A stretch of DNA of 64,000 nt from Nitrososphaerota archaeon (GTDB taxonomy: Archaea; Thermoproteota; Nitrososphaeria_A; Caldarchaeales; Wolframiiraptoraceae): NCBI GenBank assembly GCA_021159365.1, contig JAGGRY010000001.1, forward strand, positions 7,543 to 71,542. Direction: 5' to 3'. The notes below the pieces were generated by a model that saw only the letters and a program-made list of their open reading frames with translations, was not told the DNA's origin and made no database searches. The translations under genes were made by a program, and so were the position numbers. Of this stretch, positions 29,538 to 38,830 are shown one piece after another. Within the stretch, counting starts at the first letter, position 1, and each line of letters begins with the position of its first letter.

Positions 29538-30248
29538 CTAAGCCTTTGCCTGGGAGAATGGCAGTACCTTTATCCCGAATGCTGGATCCACGTCGAAGCT
29601 CAGGGTTATCGAGGACGGCTTGACCGCTCCCTTAAGCTTTGGGACCTGTAATAATTTGACGATCTTATCTCCTATCTCCTTTATCGAGAGAATGAAGTGG
29701 ACATCGCATATAGATCTCATCCTAATCAGCATGTCTTGTTCAAAGGCATATGGATGAATTGTTATGAAGATGGATTTTTCGAGATCGTCGACTATGTTTC
29801 TGGCCTCGGTGAAGAAGTTCAAGATATCTTTCTCATCTGCGTAGGTTACGAGATAAGTGAGTGAATCTATAATGTATACGTCGAATCTATTCAGCCTTCT
29901 TATGGCCTTGATTATCATGTCGAGGAATTTTGACGCCAACTCCTTATCCCACTCCAAGTTCCTGACATGTAGCTCGAATATCTGGAGCTGACCTATTAGG
30001 AAGAAGTATTTCACGTCGAGCGTTATCTGTTCCATCGAGTTTATCAAGGCTTTAGTTCCAGTCTCCGTCGTTATGTAGAGAACCTTGAAACCTTGATTTA
30101 ATGCTCCATACGTGTATTGCTGGGATATTATGCTCTTTCCGCTGTCATTCGGCCCTTCTATCAAGCATAGGAATGGAGTCCTTAATGCTCCTATCTTTCT
30201 ATCTAATTCTCCATTCAAGGATTTTATGAACCGCTTTCTCCCTCTCAT
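29538..30248 (-). CDS. arlH: Archaellum RecA/KaiC-like protein ArlH (FlaH)
   Basis: EGPNDSGKS, IIDSLT, ITIHP, FDVDPAFGIK. Confidence 0.92.
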   Translation of the reverse strand: MRGRKRFIKSLNGELDRKIGALRTPFLCLIEGPNDSGKSIISQQYTYGALNQGFKVLYITTETGTKALINSMEQITLDVKYFFLIGQLQIFELHVRNLEWDKELASKFLDMIIKAIRRLNRFDVYIIDSLTYLVTYADEKDILNFFTEARNIVDDLEKSIFITIHPYAFEQDMLIRMRSICDVHFILSIKEIGDKIVKLLQVPKLKGAVKPSSITLSFDVDPAFGIKVLPFSQAKA

Positions 30249-30781
30249 CTCGTTCTCACCCCATTCGGCGCAACCATTATCAACATGAATTCATCGGCTA
30301 TGTCCTGATCTCTACTTATCCAAGCTCTGATCGCTAAGCTCTCTTCATTGTCCCAGAATCCGCTTGACATGTCAGCAGTAACTGGATTCTTAAGCTCCTT
30401 GACTCCATGATATGTTATGTTTGATACACGCCATCCCCTTTCCAAATCCTCGCTTGGATTGTATGGTAGCCATTCAGCTCTAATACTTCCATTCGAGTTT
30501 CTATAGATCATTATCAGGTCTATCTCATCGAATTCCTTCACGGAGATCGAGCCTGCTCCCACATTCTTTATCACAGCCTCAATAGTTCTATTATCCCGAA
30601 GCTTCGTCATGGACTCTATCTCTAAATATCCCTTGCATCTTTCCCCGACTTTTTCCATAAATTTTATTCTCTCCATGAAGAGCTGATTATGCGTCGCCAT
30701 GGCTATCATCAAGTAGCCCATCGCGGCCAAGCTCGCAGCCGTTAAAACGGCTAGAACGATCAATCCTCCTAAACTTGACAT
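30245..30781 (-). CDS. arlF: Archaellum stator protein ArlF (FlaF)
   Basis: N-terminal TM, IKNVG, C-terminal VAPNGV; lies between arlG and arlH. Confidence 0.75.
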   Translation of the reverse strand: MSSLGGLIVLAVLTAASLAAMGYLMIAMATHNQLFMERIKFMEKVGERCKGYLEIESMTKLRDNRTIEAVIKNVGAGSISVKEFDEIDLIMIYRNSNGSIRAEWLPYNPSEDLERGWRVSNITYHGVKELKNPVTADMSSGFWDNEESLAIRAWISRDQDIADEFMLIMVAPNGVRTR

Positions 30782-30791
30782 TTTTTCACCC

Positions 30792-31280
30792 CTAAACTGA
30801 TAAATTATATTCTGACTCCGCTCCGTTGAATAGGATGAATTTCAAGTAGTAGTCTCCGCTGGTTAGCGATTCGCTGAGATGTGCCTCGACTTCGATGGTC
30901 TCTGATGGATCCCATCTACTATCATCATCCGAGTCATTCAGTAGCTTATAGTTCCAAGAATCGGCTGAATCTCCATAGAGCAGGTAATAGACCTTGTTCC
31001 TGCTTAAGATCATGATCTCGGATTTCTTGATAAGCTCTCTTGAAAGATCTTTAAAACCCGTATTCTTCACCCAAAGCTTGATCGTCGATGCCTCATCTGA
31101 GGAATGCGCGTAAATTATATCACATCTATAGTATAGTTGCTCCTTTAATCCCAGAACTTGAATTTTTTGGAGATCTGCGACTTGATTTAAGCTCGTGAAG
31201 TAGACTCCTGCTAGAGTTGCGGCGATAATTGTCGCTGCGACTGCTAAGGTGAACTCCGTCATTAAGGATCCTATGGGCAT
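30792..31280 (-). CDS. arlG: Archaellum stator protein ArlG (FlaG)
   Basis: N-terminal TM, LWVKNTG, WDPSET, FNG. Confidence 0.8.
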   Translation of the reverse strand: MPIGSLMTEFTLAVAATIIAATLAGVYFTSLNQVADLQKIQVLGLKEQLYYRCDIIYAHSSDEASTIKLWVKNTGFKDLSRELIKKSEIMILSRNKVYYLLYGDSADSWNYKLLNDSDDDSRWDPSETIEVEAHLSESLTSGDYYLKFILFNGAESEYNLSV

Positions 31281-31286
31281 CCTCGT

Positions 31287-31940
31287 TCACCTCTCTTTCT
31301 TCACCTTTATATCCGGCTGGATTAATCCGAGTAATAGTGCTGTGAAGAATTTGTCATCGTTTATTGACCCTAATATGCTGATGACGTATGCAGCTGCTAG
31401 AAGTGATTCATAGTTTAGCTGTCTAACCTCTGGGAGATAGATTCCCTGGAACTCCTCATGGTTCCTCAATAGGAAATCGACGGCGTCGCTTAACCTTTCC
31501 AAGACATCAGGTGGAGCAAGCTGCTTCACAATCCTAGATCTTAAGAACCTCAAGGTATTTTCACTTCCCAAAAGTCTTAGGAGAATGCATGCGCAAGCGA
31601 GGGATGCGAGGAGATTTGACATCCCACTCGGAGCTGGACTTATTTCCTGCTTCATGGAAACTTGCCTATAGTCGATTTTGGGAGAAGCCTTCTCTTCCTC
31701 CGGTCTTTCGATCTCCCTCACCACTCTCTCCTTGACGTCTCTTACATCTTCCCCGCTTCTCCTGAGCTTATCGAGTTCTAAGATGTTTGCAACATAGTTG
31801 AATGGGTTTTCAAGATTTGAGATTATTTCTCTAACATCCATCAGAGTTGTCTCTAGAGGTTCCTTCAATTTTCTTACTTCTTCCTCAAGCTCCTCTAATC
31901 GTTTCTTCAATGAAGGCTCCTCGCCATTACTCATCCTCAC
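31287..31940 (-). CDS. ArlC/D/E-like coiled-coil archaellum accessory protein
   Basis: N-terminal coiled coil ending DVREIISNLENPF (NPF motif as in ArlC/D/E-type proteins); no TM. Confidence 0.55.
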   Translation of the reverse strand: MRMSNGEEPSLKKRLEELEEEVRKLKEPLETTLMDVREIISNLENPFNYVANILELDKLRRSGEDVRDVKERVVREIERPEEEKASPKIDYRQVSMKQEISPAPSGMSNLLASLACACILLRLLGSENTLRFLRSRIVKQLAPPDVLERLSDAVDFLLRNHEEFQGIYLPEVRQLNYESLLAAAYVISILGSINDDKFFTALLLGLIQPDIKVKKER

Positions 31941-32460
31941 ACCTCCATATTCTCGAAGTCTCTTCTTCAGGAACTCCTCTTTTGAACTGAGCTGGAAGCT
32001 TTATGAGATACTCGTAAAATGCTTTAATCTCGCTTGAGGCATAGATTATCAACACTTCAGCGGTTTTTCCAACGACCCTTGAATAGAATTGATGAAGTAT
32101 GCCTCTAATCACGTATAGGAGGAAATTACCCCTTCGATTCGCGGTGTAGGCGCTGTTCGTCACCCGGCATATGAGCTCGACATTATTGTCAGATGGAATG
32201 GCTGTGAAGATCGCGATGTCTTTCACAAGCTTATAATTCTTCATGAAGTCTAGGAGAAATGCGTTCGCTGAGGTTAGATCACAGCTTTCTTCCTTCGGGT
32301 AAAGGTCGTAGATTTTATCCCCCAAAACTCTTCCAATCGCGAAGAAGACTATATTGGATACTTCCATTCCGAGGAACTCGGCCAAGTTATCTAGAAGGCT
32401 TAATATGCTCATGAGTTGCTCGAAAGCCTCTTGACCAATTCTGAAGTCTGCATCGCTCAT
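31927..32460 (-). CDS. V4R/H-NOX-fold-like protein, first gene of the arl motor operon
   Basis: FFAIGRVLG and IRGILHQFYSRVVG patterns; overlaps the downstream gene. Confidence 0.5.
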   Translation of the reverse strand: MSDADFRIGQEAFEQLMSILSLLDNLAEFLGMEVSNIVFFAIGRVLGDKIYDLYPKEESCDLTSANAFLLDFMKNYKLVKDIAIFTAIPSDNNVELICRVTNSAYTANRRGNFLLYVIRGILHQFYSRVVGKTAEVLIIYASSEIKAFYEYLIKLPAQFKRGVPEEETSRIWRCEDE

Positions 32461-32611
32461 TCTAATACCACCTCAAGCATTCATAAATAATTGAGATTAG
32501 AGACCTAAATATGTTTCGAATTTTATTAAGGTAAGACAAAGTTTATTAATATGTATTATTCAGATAGTATTGATGAAGGTGAGGCGGAATCCAAGAGTAA
32601 GATTGAGGAGG
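32461..32611. promoter_or_regulatory. AT-rich divergent promoter region between the arl motor operon and arlB
   Basis: TTTATTAA repeated at 32522 and 32542; SD GAGGAGG before ATG 32612. Confidence 0.5.
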
Positions 32612-33181
32612 ATGGCGAGGAGGGGGCTAACAGGTCTTGAGACAGCGATAATCTTAATCGCCTTCGTGATAGTCGCGGCCGCCTTCGCATTCGCGGTCTT
32701 GAACCTCGGATTTTCCTCAACTCAGAAGAGCGGAGAGGTCTTAAAGGCTGGATTAGAGGAAGCAACTTCTAGCGTAGAGCTCGCGGGCTCGGTCATAGCT
32801 ATGGGCGCAAATACGACGAACGGAGTGAAGGTTGAAAACTTCACCATATACATTAAGACGGCTGTTGGGAAGAGGCCGGTTGATATGAGTGAACAGACTC
32901 TCGTGATCTCCTATCTAGATCCATATAAGGCGGTTGATAAGCTGACCCGCGGAACCGAAGTCGATGTTGAGGAGATTCAAGGAGATGGAGATACTTTATT
33001 GGAGTATGGAGAGGTCTTTAAGATAGTGATCCATGTAGACCAGATCTATAATGGAATCGATAACGTCCAGCTTCAGCCAAACGACGTGATCTCGATCGAG
33101 ATAAAGCCCTCTACAGGCTCCATTCTAAAAGTCGAGAGAATGCTTCCACCGGCCATCGATTGCGTGATGGACTTGGCATGA
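32612..33181 (+). CDS. arlB: Archaellin ArlB (FlaB)
   Basis: Class III signal peptide MARRG/LTGLETAIILIAFVIVAAAFAF; GDGDTLLEYGE; IEIKP. Confidence 0.95.
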   Translation: MARRGLTGLETAIILIAFVIVAAAFAFAVLNLGFSSTQKSGEVLKAGLEEATSSVELAGSVIAMGANTTNGVKVENFTIYIKTAVGKRPVDMSEQTLVISYLDPYKAVDKLTRGTEVDVEEIQGDGDTLLEYGEVFKIVIHVDQIYNGIDNVQLQPNDVISIEIKPSTGSILKVERMLPPAIDCVMDLA

Positions 33182-33269
33182 CCCTCCTCCAATCCTCCTC
33201 TAAACTCTCTCACCTTTTTCTCAGCCTCTTCATCTTCGAGATATAAGCAAACTTAAATAGAGTTCATAT

Positions 33270-34463
33270 TTGATTAGCGTTGAAGTACATAAAGATGAAA
33301 ATTGGGGAGGAATTGATTTGAGTCTTGGACCGCCTTCGATGAAGTACATCATTGAGGCCAGAATAGAGGTCGATGGTGTCGTTGATAGAAACGATATCGT
33401 GGGAGCGATCTTCGGGCAAACTGAGGGATTATTCAGCAGTGAACTCGATTTGAGAGAACTTCAAAAGAGTGGGAGAATTGGGAGAATAGAGATCTCCGCG
33501 AGCCCTCAAGGCGAGAAGACCATTGGAAAAATCACGGTTCCATCGGCCCTAGACAAGTATTCAACGGCCTTAATAGCGGCCATGATCGAGAGCATCGAGA
33601 GAGTAGGCCCCTATGCGGCGCGAGTCAAGATCGAGAGAATCTATGATATTAGGGCTGAGAAGAGGAAGAAGATCGTTGAGAGAGCGAGGACAATCCTCTA
33701 TGAATGGGAGAAGAGCAAGCTTCCAGAAGATGACATGATCTTGAAAGAGCTTGAAGAAGCCCTCCTAAAGGCAAGAGTCATAGAATATGGTCCAGACAAG
33801 CTTCCAGCGGGTCCAGAAGTGGGTAAGAGTGAGGAGCTGATAATAGTTGAGGGTAGAGCTGATGTAATAAATCTCCTAAGACATGGTTATAGAAACGCTG
33901 TAGCAGTTGAGGGAGTCAAGATTCCTAGAACCATTAAGGATCTCTCAGCCAAGAAGAAAAAGGTCATAGCGTTTCTCGATGGAGATAGAGGTGGAGACCT
34001 TATCTTAAGCGAGCTTCAAAGAGCTGGAGTGAAAGTAGACTTAGTTGCAAGAGCTCCTTATGGGAGAGAAGTCGAGGGATTGACTGGAAAAGAGATTTCC
34101 GATGCCTTACACCACGCCATCCCATTCGATGAGGCCATAAGGAGGCTTAAGATCCCAAAGGAAGTCCCACAGCTCCCGGAGAAAGTGAGAGAATACGCTA
34201 AAGAAGTTGAAGGAAAGCTGATGGCCATCATCCTGAACAGCGATGTTCAAGAAGTTGAGAGAGTTCCAGTCAGCGAGCTGGCTCAAAGACTTCAGGAATT
34301 GAGGGATCAAGCCAAATACGTCGTATTCGACGGAGTGATAACCCAAAGACTTGTAGATATACTATCTGAGGTAGGGATCGATGTATATCTGGTGGGAGTG
34401 AGGGTTGGAGAGATCTCAAAACCCTCGGAGAGAGTTCACATAATTACCTTTGACAATCTCTAG
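33270..34463 (+). CDS. dnaG: Archaeal DnaG (exosome-associated)
   Basis: DIVGAIFGQTEGL, IIVEGRADV, FLDGDRGG (TOPRIM); true start may be slightly downstream. Confidence 0.95.
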   Translation: MISVEVHKDENWGGIDLSLGPPSMKYIIEARIEVDGVVDRNDIVGAIFGQTEGLFSSELDLRELQKSGRIGRIEISASPQGEKTIGKITVPSALDKYSTALIAAMIESIERVGPYAARVKIERIYDIRAEKRKKIVERARTILYEWEKSKLPEDDMILKELEEALLKARVIEYGPDKLPAGPEVGKSEELIIVEGRADVINLLRHGYRNAVAVEGVKIPRTIKDLSAKKKKVIAFLDGDRGGDLILSELQRAGVKVDLVARAPYGREVEGLTGKEISDALHHAIPFDEAIRRLKIPKEVPQLPEKVREYAKEVEGKLMAIILNSDVQEVERVPVSELAQRLQELRDQAKYVVFDGVITQRLVDILSEVGIDVYLVGVRVGEISKPSERVHIITFDNL

Positions 34464-35551
34464 CCAACCATATCCCTTAATGGGAGAGGATATCTGAGGA
34501 AGGCCACTACCCCACCGAAGCCCATGATCTTCTCAGATGCTTCCAATCCATCTAAGAGGACTTGCAGATCGAGTTTTCCTCTCTCAGCGGCTCCAAGCAA
34601 CTTATCCAAATCTTCATCAATTATATGATCCCAAAGAAAACCTTCGGAGACCAGTATCTTCTCAACCGCTCCAAGCTTCCAAGCCTCTAATACCTCTCTG
34701 AATCCAAGCGCGACCTTCTCCGGATTCCTCGACATCTGTTTGATAAATCTCTCCACCTCCACCGAGTCTCTAATGGGCTTCAGTAAATCCGCTAAATCCT
34801 TCAGGATCCCTGATCTCATGGCCTCTCTAATTCCATCCTCTCCGCCCACTGATGAATGATAAATCCTCTTAACCCTTTTCAGGATAGATTTTTCAGAATT
34901 CTTTAAGAAGTTCATGAAGTCGTCGACGAATATCTTTGGCCCAATTATGACGGCGTTTGATTCCTTATTCCTCGAGAAATAATCTTTCAAAGTCGAAACC
35001 ACGTCCTCGAATATCCGCTTGATCTCCCGTTCTCCCCATGAGATGGATTTATCGGTTGATGGAAAAGTCTTCGAGTAAAGCTTGTTTAACCCCGTTCCCG
35101 TGAACTCCGCGACTGCAACCCTCTCGTCATCGATTGAGATGCAGAGCATTCTCTGGCCTCTCCTACGGCCAGCATAACTCGATGCAAACGCTTTAAGCCT
35201 CTCAAACTCCTTTTGACTCCTAATCACCAATTCAATTCCAGGATAAAGATGTATTGTGTGATGTTTCCCAAGTAAATCGAGAGGCTTGCTCTCATAGATT
35301 ATTCTGCCGGCGAAGCTTATCCTCTTCATTAACGGATCTACCGTCTTTCCCTCAACTTCTATACCCAATGTAACTCGAACTCTCTCACTATCAACTTTCC
35401 CACTGATCCTCTCTTTCTTAATCTCTCTACTAGTCTCAGAATAGATCTCATATCCAATTTTGACGAGCCTGAAGATATTAAGTAGATCGAGTCCAGATTC
35501 AGGCATCAATTTGATCGATCTCTTCAACGGGTTGACATCTTTTACTATCAA
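34460..35551 (-). CDS. pelA: Pelota/Dom34 ribosome rescue factor
   Basis: GKHHTI, GAVEKILVS, GFGGVVAFLRY. Confidence 0.9.
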   Translation of the reverse strand: MIVKDVNPLKRSIKLMPESGLDLLNIFRLVKIGYEIYSETSREIKKERISGKVDSERVRVTLGIEVEGKTVDPLMKRISFAGRIIYESKPLDLLGKHHTIHLYPGIELVIRSQKEFERLKAFASSYAGRRRGQRMLCISIDDERVAVAEFTGTGLNKLYSKTFPSTDKSISWGEREIKRIFEDVVSTLKDYFSRNKESNAVIIGPKIFVDDFMNFLKNSEKSILKRVKRIYHSSVGGEDGIREAMRSGILKDLADLLKPIRDSVEVERFIKQMSRNPEKVALGFREVLEAWKLGAVEKILVSEGFLWDHIIDEDLDKLLGAAERGKLDLQVLLDGLEASEKIMGFGGVVAFLRYPLPLRDMVG

Positions 35552-35630
35552 TTCAACTCGATATATCCATAACCAGAATTTATGGCTACCGAGAAAACAT
35601 TATCACCTATAAGATCCAAGATCCTCCGGG

Positions 35631-36317
35631 TTGAGCTATAGGGAGGTTGTTTACGATGAGAATCGGTGGCGGCTGCTTAGAAGTCTTAGGGAGAAGGCTT
35701 TAAAGCTCATGAAGCCTCTCGCCGACCATGGCCTTAACCCAATAATTTACGGAAGTATAGCGAGGGGAGATGTTAGGGATGACAGCGATATAGACATCTT
35801 CATCCAATATCCTGTAAGCTCGGCAATGGTCGAGCTCTATCTTCAAGAATACGGTATCAAGCCGATGGAGAGGCTGCTGATCCAGGCCACGCCCAGCCAC
35901 GTTCCAAAAGCATATCTAGTCATCGACGAGCTCACATCGATCTCATTTCCCTTATGTAGGATGAGGTCGGATGAGTTAGGCTTCTATAAGCTTGCAGGCA
36001 GAGTAGAATATGGGGAGCTAAAGGCTAATCGAAGGGTTCCGGGGATGAATAAGCAGCTCATTCTTATAATCCCGACTCTGAGAGGCCATGAAGAACTACC
36101 AGTTGAGCATAACGTCGAGGAAGCCGCCAAGATCCTAGGAGTCGACCCCACAACCCTCAGAAATAGGGTTAGAGTTCTTAAGAGAAGGAGAGAGCTTGGA
36201 AGAACCGGCGTTTATAGAAAGCTTGAAATCCCACAAGATAAGACCTTTGAGGAAGTCTTTGAAGAGATCTTGGCTAGAGACCCCGCCCTCAGAAGAAGGC
36301 TTAGAACTGTGGGATAA
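35631..36317 (+). CDS. Predicted nucleotidyltransferase (COG2413-like)
   Basis: YGSIARGDVRDDSDIDI, QATP, GRTGVY. Confidence 0.85.
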   Translation: MSYREVVYDENRWRLLRSLREKALKLMKPLADHGLNPIIYGSIARGDVRDDSDIDIFIQYPVSSAMVELYLQEYGIKPMERLLIQATPSHVPKAYLVIDELTSISFPLCRMRSDELGFYKLAGRVEYGELKANRRVPGMNKQLILIIPTLRGHEELPVEHNVEEAAKILGVDPTTLRNRVRVLKRRRELGRTGVYRKLEIPQDKTFEEVFEEILARDPALRRRLRTVG

Positions 36318-36384
36318 TACGATCCCAAATAAGGAAGGATGGTAAACTGCTTTATAGGATTGTGAATAAGCTCTTAAGAGGGTC

Positions 36385-37824
36385 TTGAAGGTTCTCTTGA
36401 TCTCACCACCCGCACAGTCGATAGTCAAGCAGGTAGTAGGTGCAACCGCGCCTCCACTGGGCTTGGCCTATCTAGCCTCAATTGCCAGAGATCTTGGATG
36501 TGATGTGAGGATAATGGATTCCTTGGCCGAGGACCTCACGCTCAGAGAGATCAGGGCCAGGATCAAGAAATTCTATCCAGACTTGGTGGGGGTGACCGCG
36601 ACAACATCGATGATCTACGACGCCTACGACGTGGCCGCTGTCGCGAAGGAAGTTAACCCCAACGCCCTAGTGATGATCGGAGGGCCTCATGCAACCTTCA
36701 TGGCCTCCGAAGTTCTCCAAGAATGTAAGCACATTGATGTGGTGGTGAGGGGTGAGGGGGAGTTGACTTTCAGAGAACTCTTGATGAAACTCATGAAAGG
36801 CAACCGAGATTTCAGAGAAATCTTGGGGATAACTTATAGGGTGGATAATGGAGTGAGGGAGAATCCACCGAGACCGCTTATACGAAACCTAGACGATGTT
36901 CCGCTTCCAGCCTACGATCTCCTTCCGATGGATAGGTATAGGGTTGGGAAGCTGAAGTTTGGGGCGATAATAACCTCTAGGGGATGCCCATATACGTGTA
37001 TCTTCTGCTCTTCTTCTCTTCAATTTGGCAAGAAGTGGAGAGCGCACAGCGCTGAGAGGGTTTTAGAGGAGCTTAGGATCATGAGGTACGAGTATGGAAG
37101 GCAGGAGATCGAGTTCCTAGACGACACATTCACGTTAAATAAGAAGAGAGCTATCGCAATAGCTGAAAAGATTGTTGAAGAGGGCCTGGATATATCTTGG
37201 TCGGCTTCATCTAGAGTAAACACGTTCAGCCGCGAAGTCGGCTCCGCGATGGCTAGGGCTGGATCGCATACAGTCTATTTTGGAATTGAATCTGGATCTG
37301 AGCGGACTTTAAAGTTCATAGATAAGAGGATTACGACGGAGCAGGCCATGGATGCGACGAGGGCGGCCAAGGAATGTGGACTAAGAGCCTTGGGATCCTT
37401 CATCATAGGATTCCCATATGAGACCGAGGAGGATATCAGGAAGACCATAAAGTTCTCAAATAGGGTTGGAGTGGATCTCGCTCAATTCACGATAGCGACC
37501 CCATATCCGGGAACAAAGCTCTGGGATCTAGCGATTAAAGAAAACCTCTTATTGACAAGAAATTGGAGGAAGTTCACAACAGTCGACGTTGTCATGAAGA
37601 ACCTCTATCTCACGCCTGAGAAGATCAAGAAACTCTTTCTCTGGGCATATCTAAACTTCTATCTAAACCCGAAGCACGCCCTAGAGGATCTCATAAGGAA
37701 TAAAGGATTTATCTTGAGGAGAGCCGTACCTGCGGCCTTCAGATTCCTTAAGAATAGTCTCCTCAGCTTAATTAGGGGAAGATATGTCTGGCTTAAGACC
37801 GAGGAATCTCTAGAGACATACTAA
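36385..37824 (+). CDS. Cobalamin-binding radical SAM protein
   Basis: PPLGLAYLAS, GGPHAT, RGCPYTCIFC, GIESGS, TPYPGT. Confidence 0.92.
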   Translation: MKVLLISPPAQSIVKQVVGATAPPLGLAYLASIARDLGCDVRIMDSLAEDLTLREIRARIKKFYPDLVGVTATTSMIYDAYDVAAVAKEVNPNALVMIGGPHATFMASEVLQECKHIDVVVRGEGELTFRELLMKLMKGNRDFREILGITYRVDNGVRENPPRPLIRNLDDVPLPAYDLLPMDRYRVGKLKFGAIITSRGCPYTCIFCSSSLQFGKKWRAHSAERVLEELRIMRYEYGRQEIEFLDDTFTLNKKRAIAIAEKIVEEGLDISWSASSRVNTFSREVGSAMARAGSHTVYFGIESGSERTLKFIDKRITTEQAMDATRAAKECGLRALGSFIIGFPYETEEDIRKTIKFSNRVGVDLAQFTIATPYPGTKLWDLAIKENLLLTRNWRKFTTVDVVMKNLYLTPEKIKKLFLWAYLNFYLNPKHALEDLIRNKGFILRRAVPAAFRFLKNSLLSLIRGRYVWLKTEESLETY

Positions 37825-37853
37825 TAAGGACTCTTTGGATAAGAATCTCTGGG

Positions 37854-38219
37854 ATGGCCTCGGAAGAGGATGATTATATGAAGCGAATGGTTGACGCCCT
37901 CAGAAGTGGAGCTAAGATGCTCTCAGAGCAATGTCCAATATGCAAGAGCCCCCTCTTCGAGATAAATGGCCAGCTTTGGTGCTTGAAATGTAATAAGAGG
38001 GTTATAAAAGTCCATGGAGACGAGGAAGTCGGTGAAGCCTTAACAACGTATACCCTTTCACAAACCCATGAGATCCTGGCTGCCAAGATCGAGGAGATAA
38101 CTGTTCAGCTTTCAAGAGCCGTAGATGTAGAGGAGATTAGAAAAATGGCTGAAACCCTCAGCATACTCCTAAAAACCCTAGAACAATGCGTGAAGCTAAA
38201 AGAGGAGCTCACAGGTTAA
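37854..38219 (+). CDS. UPF0148/SSSCA1-like zinc-finger protein
   Basis: LRSGAKMLSEQCPICKSPLF...CLKC. Confidence 0.85.
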   Translation: MASEEDDYMKRMVDALRSGAKMLSEQCPICKSPLFEINGQLWCLKCNKRVIKVHGDEEVGEALTTYTLSQTHEILAAKIEEITVQLSRAVDVEEIRKMAETLSILLKTLEQCVKLKEELTG

Positions 38220-38501
38220 CAAGAAAAAGATAACATGTTCACATCGATAAAAAGAAGAAAACTTATCAAATAATTGACGGGGATCTCTATAGTATTACCA
38301 AGGGAATTCCATTTTGATATCTGGAGAACTTGTGAAAATATGAGAACAATTATATTAGGGGTCTCCGGCCATGAAGCTTTATCATAATCTTAGAAAAATG
38401 GCCTATGTTAAGTAAAAAATAATCATAAAAAAGCATGAAAGATGAGTTTAGGAAAACATCGAAGTAGGTATAGCTAGAAGAATAGCAGCTCTCTACAGCA
38501 C

Positions 38502-38704
38502 ACCCCTCAATTTCCGATGGAGAAAAGTTATTTTCCAGTGGAAACGGTGGGGTATGCCTCATTTCCTGTGAAAAGCTTGAATCAACAGATATTTTATGAA
38601 AAAGACGGGGAAAATAGCTTAATTCATGTCACTTCACATGATTGTTCTACAGTCTGTGAAAAAAATTCCCGATCGTCAGACACACCCCTTAATTTCCACT
38701 GGAA
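38502..38704. other. Replication origin (oriC) with ORB elements and an AT-rich spacer
   Basis: TTCCAGTGGAAACGGTGGGGT (+, 38533-38553); TTCCAGTGGAAATTAAGGGGT (-, 38684-38704); CTCCATCGGAAATTGAGGGGT (-, 38502-38522). All lie in a 610-nt intergenic region upstream of cdc6. Confidence 0.88.
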
Positions 38705-38830
38705 AACTGCGGGCAAAAACCGCCTATTGAAAATGTAAAGAGTGATCAATATTTCTTGAAAAAATCTCTAGGATAATAGTGAGTTCAATTCAATATTGTT
38801 CAGCGGATAGATATACAAGGGGCTAATTCG

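Noticed and set aside
38350-38738. Short ORFs in the cdc6 upstream region
   Set aside because: They overlap ORB elements and lack protein-like features.
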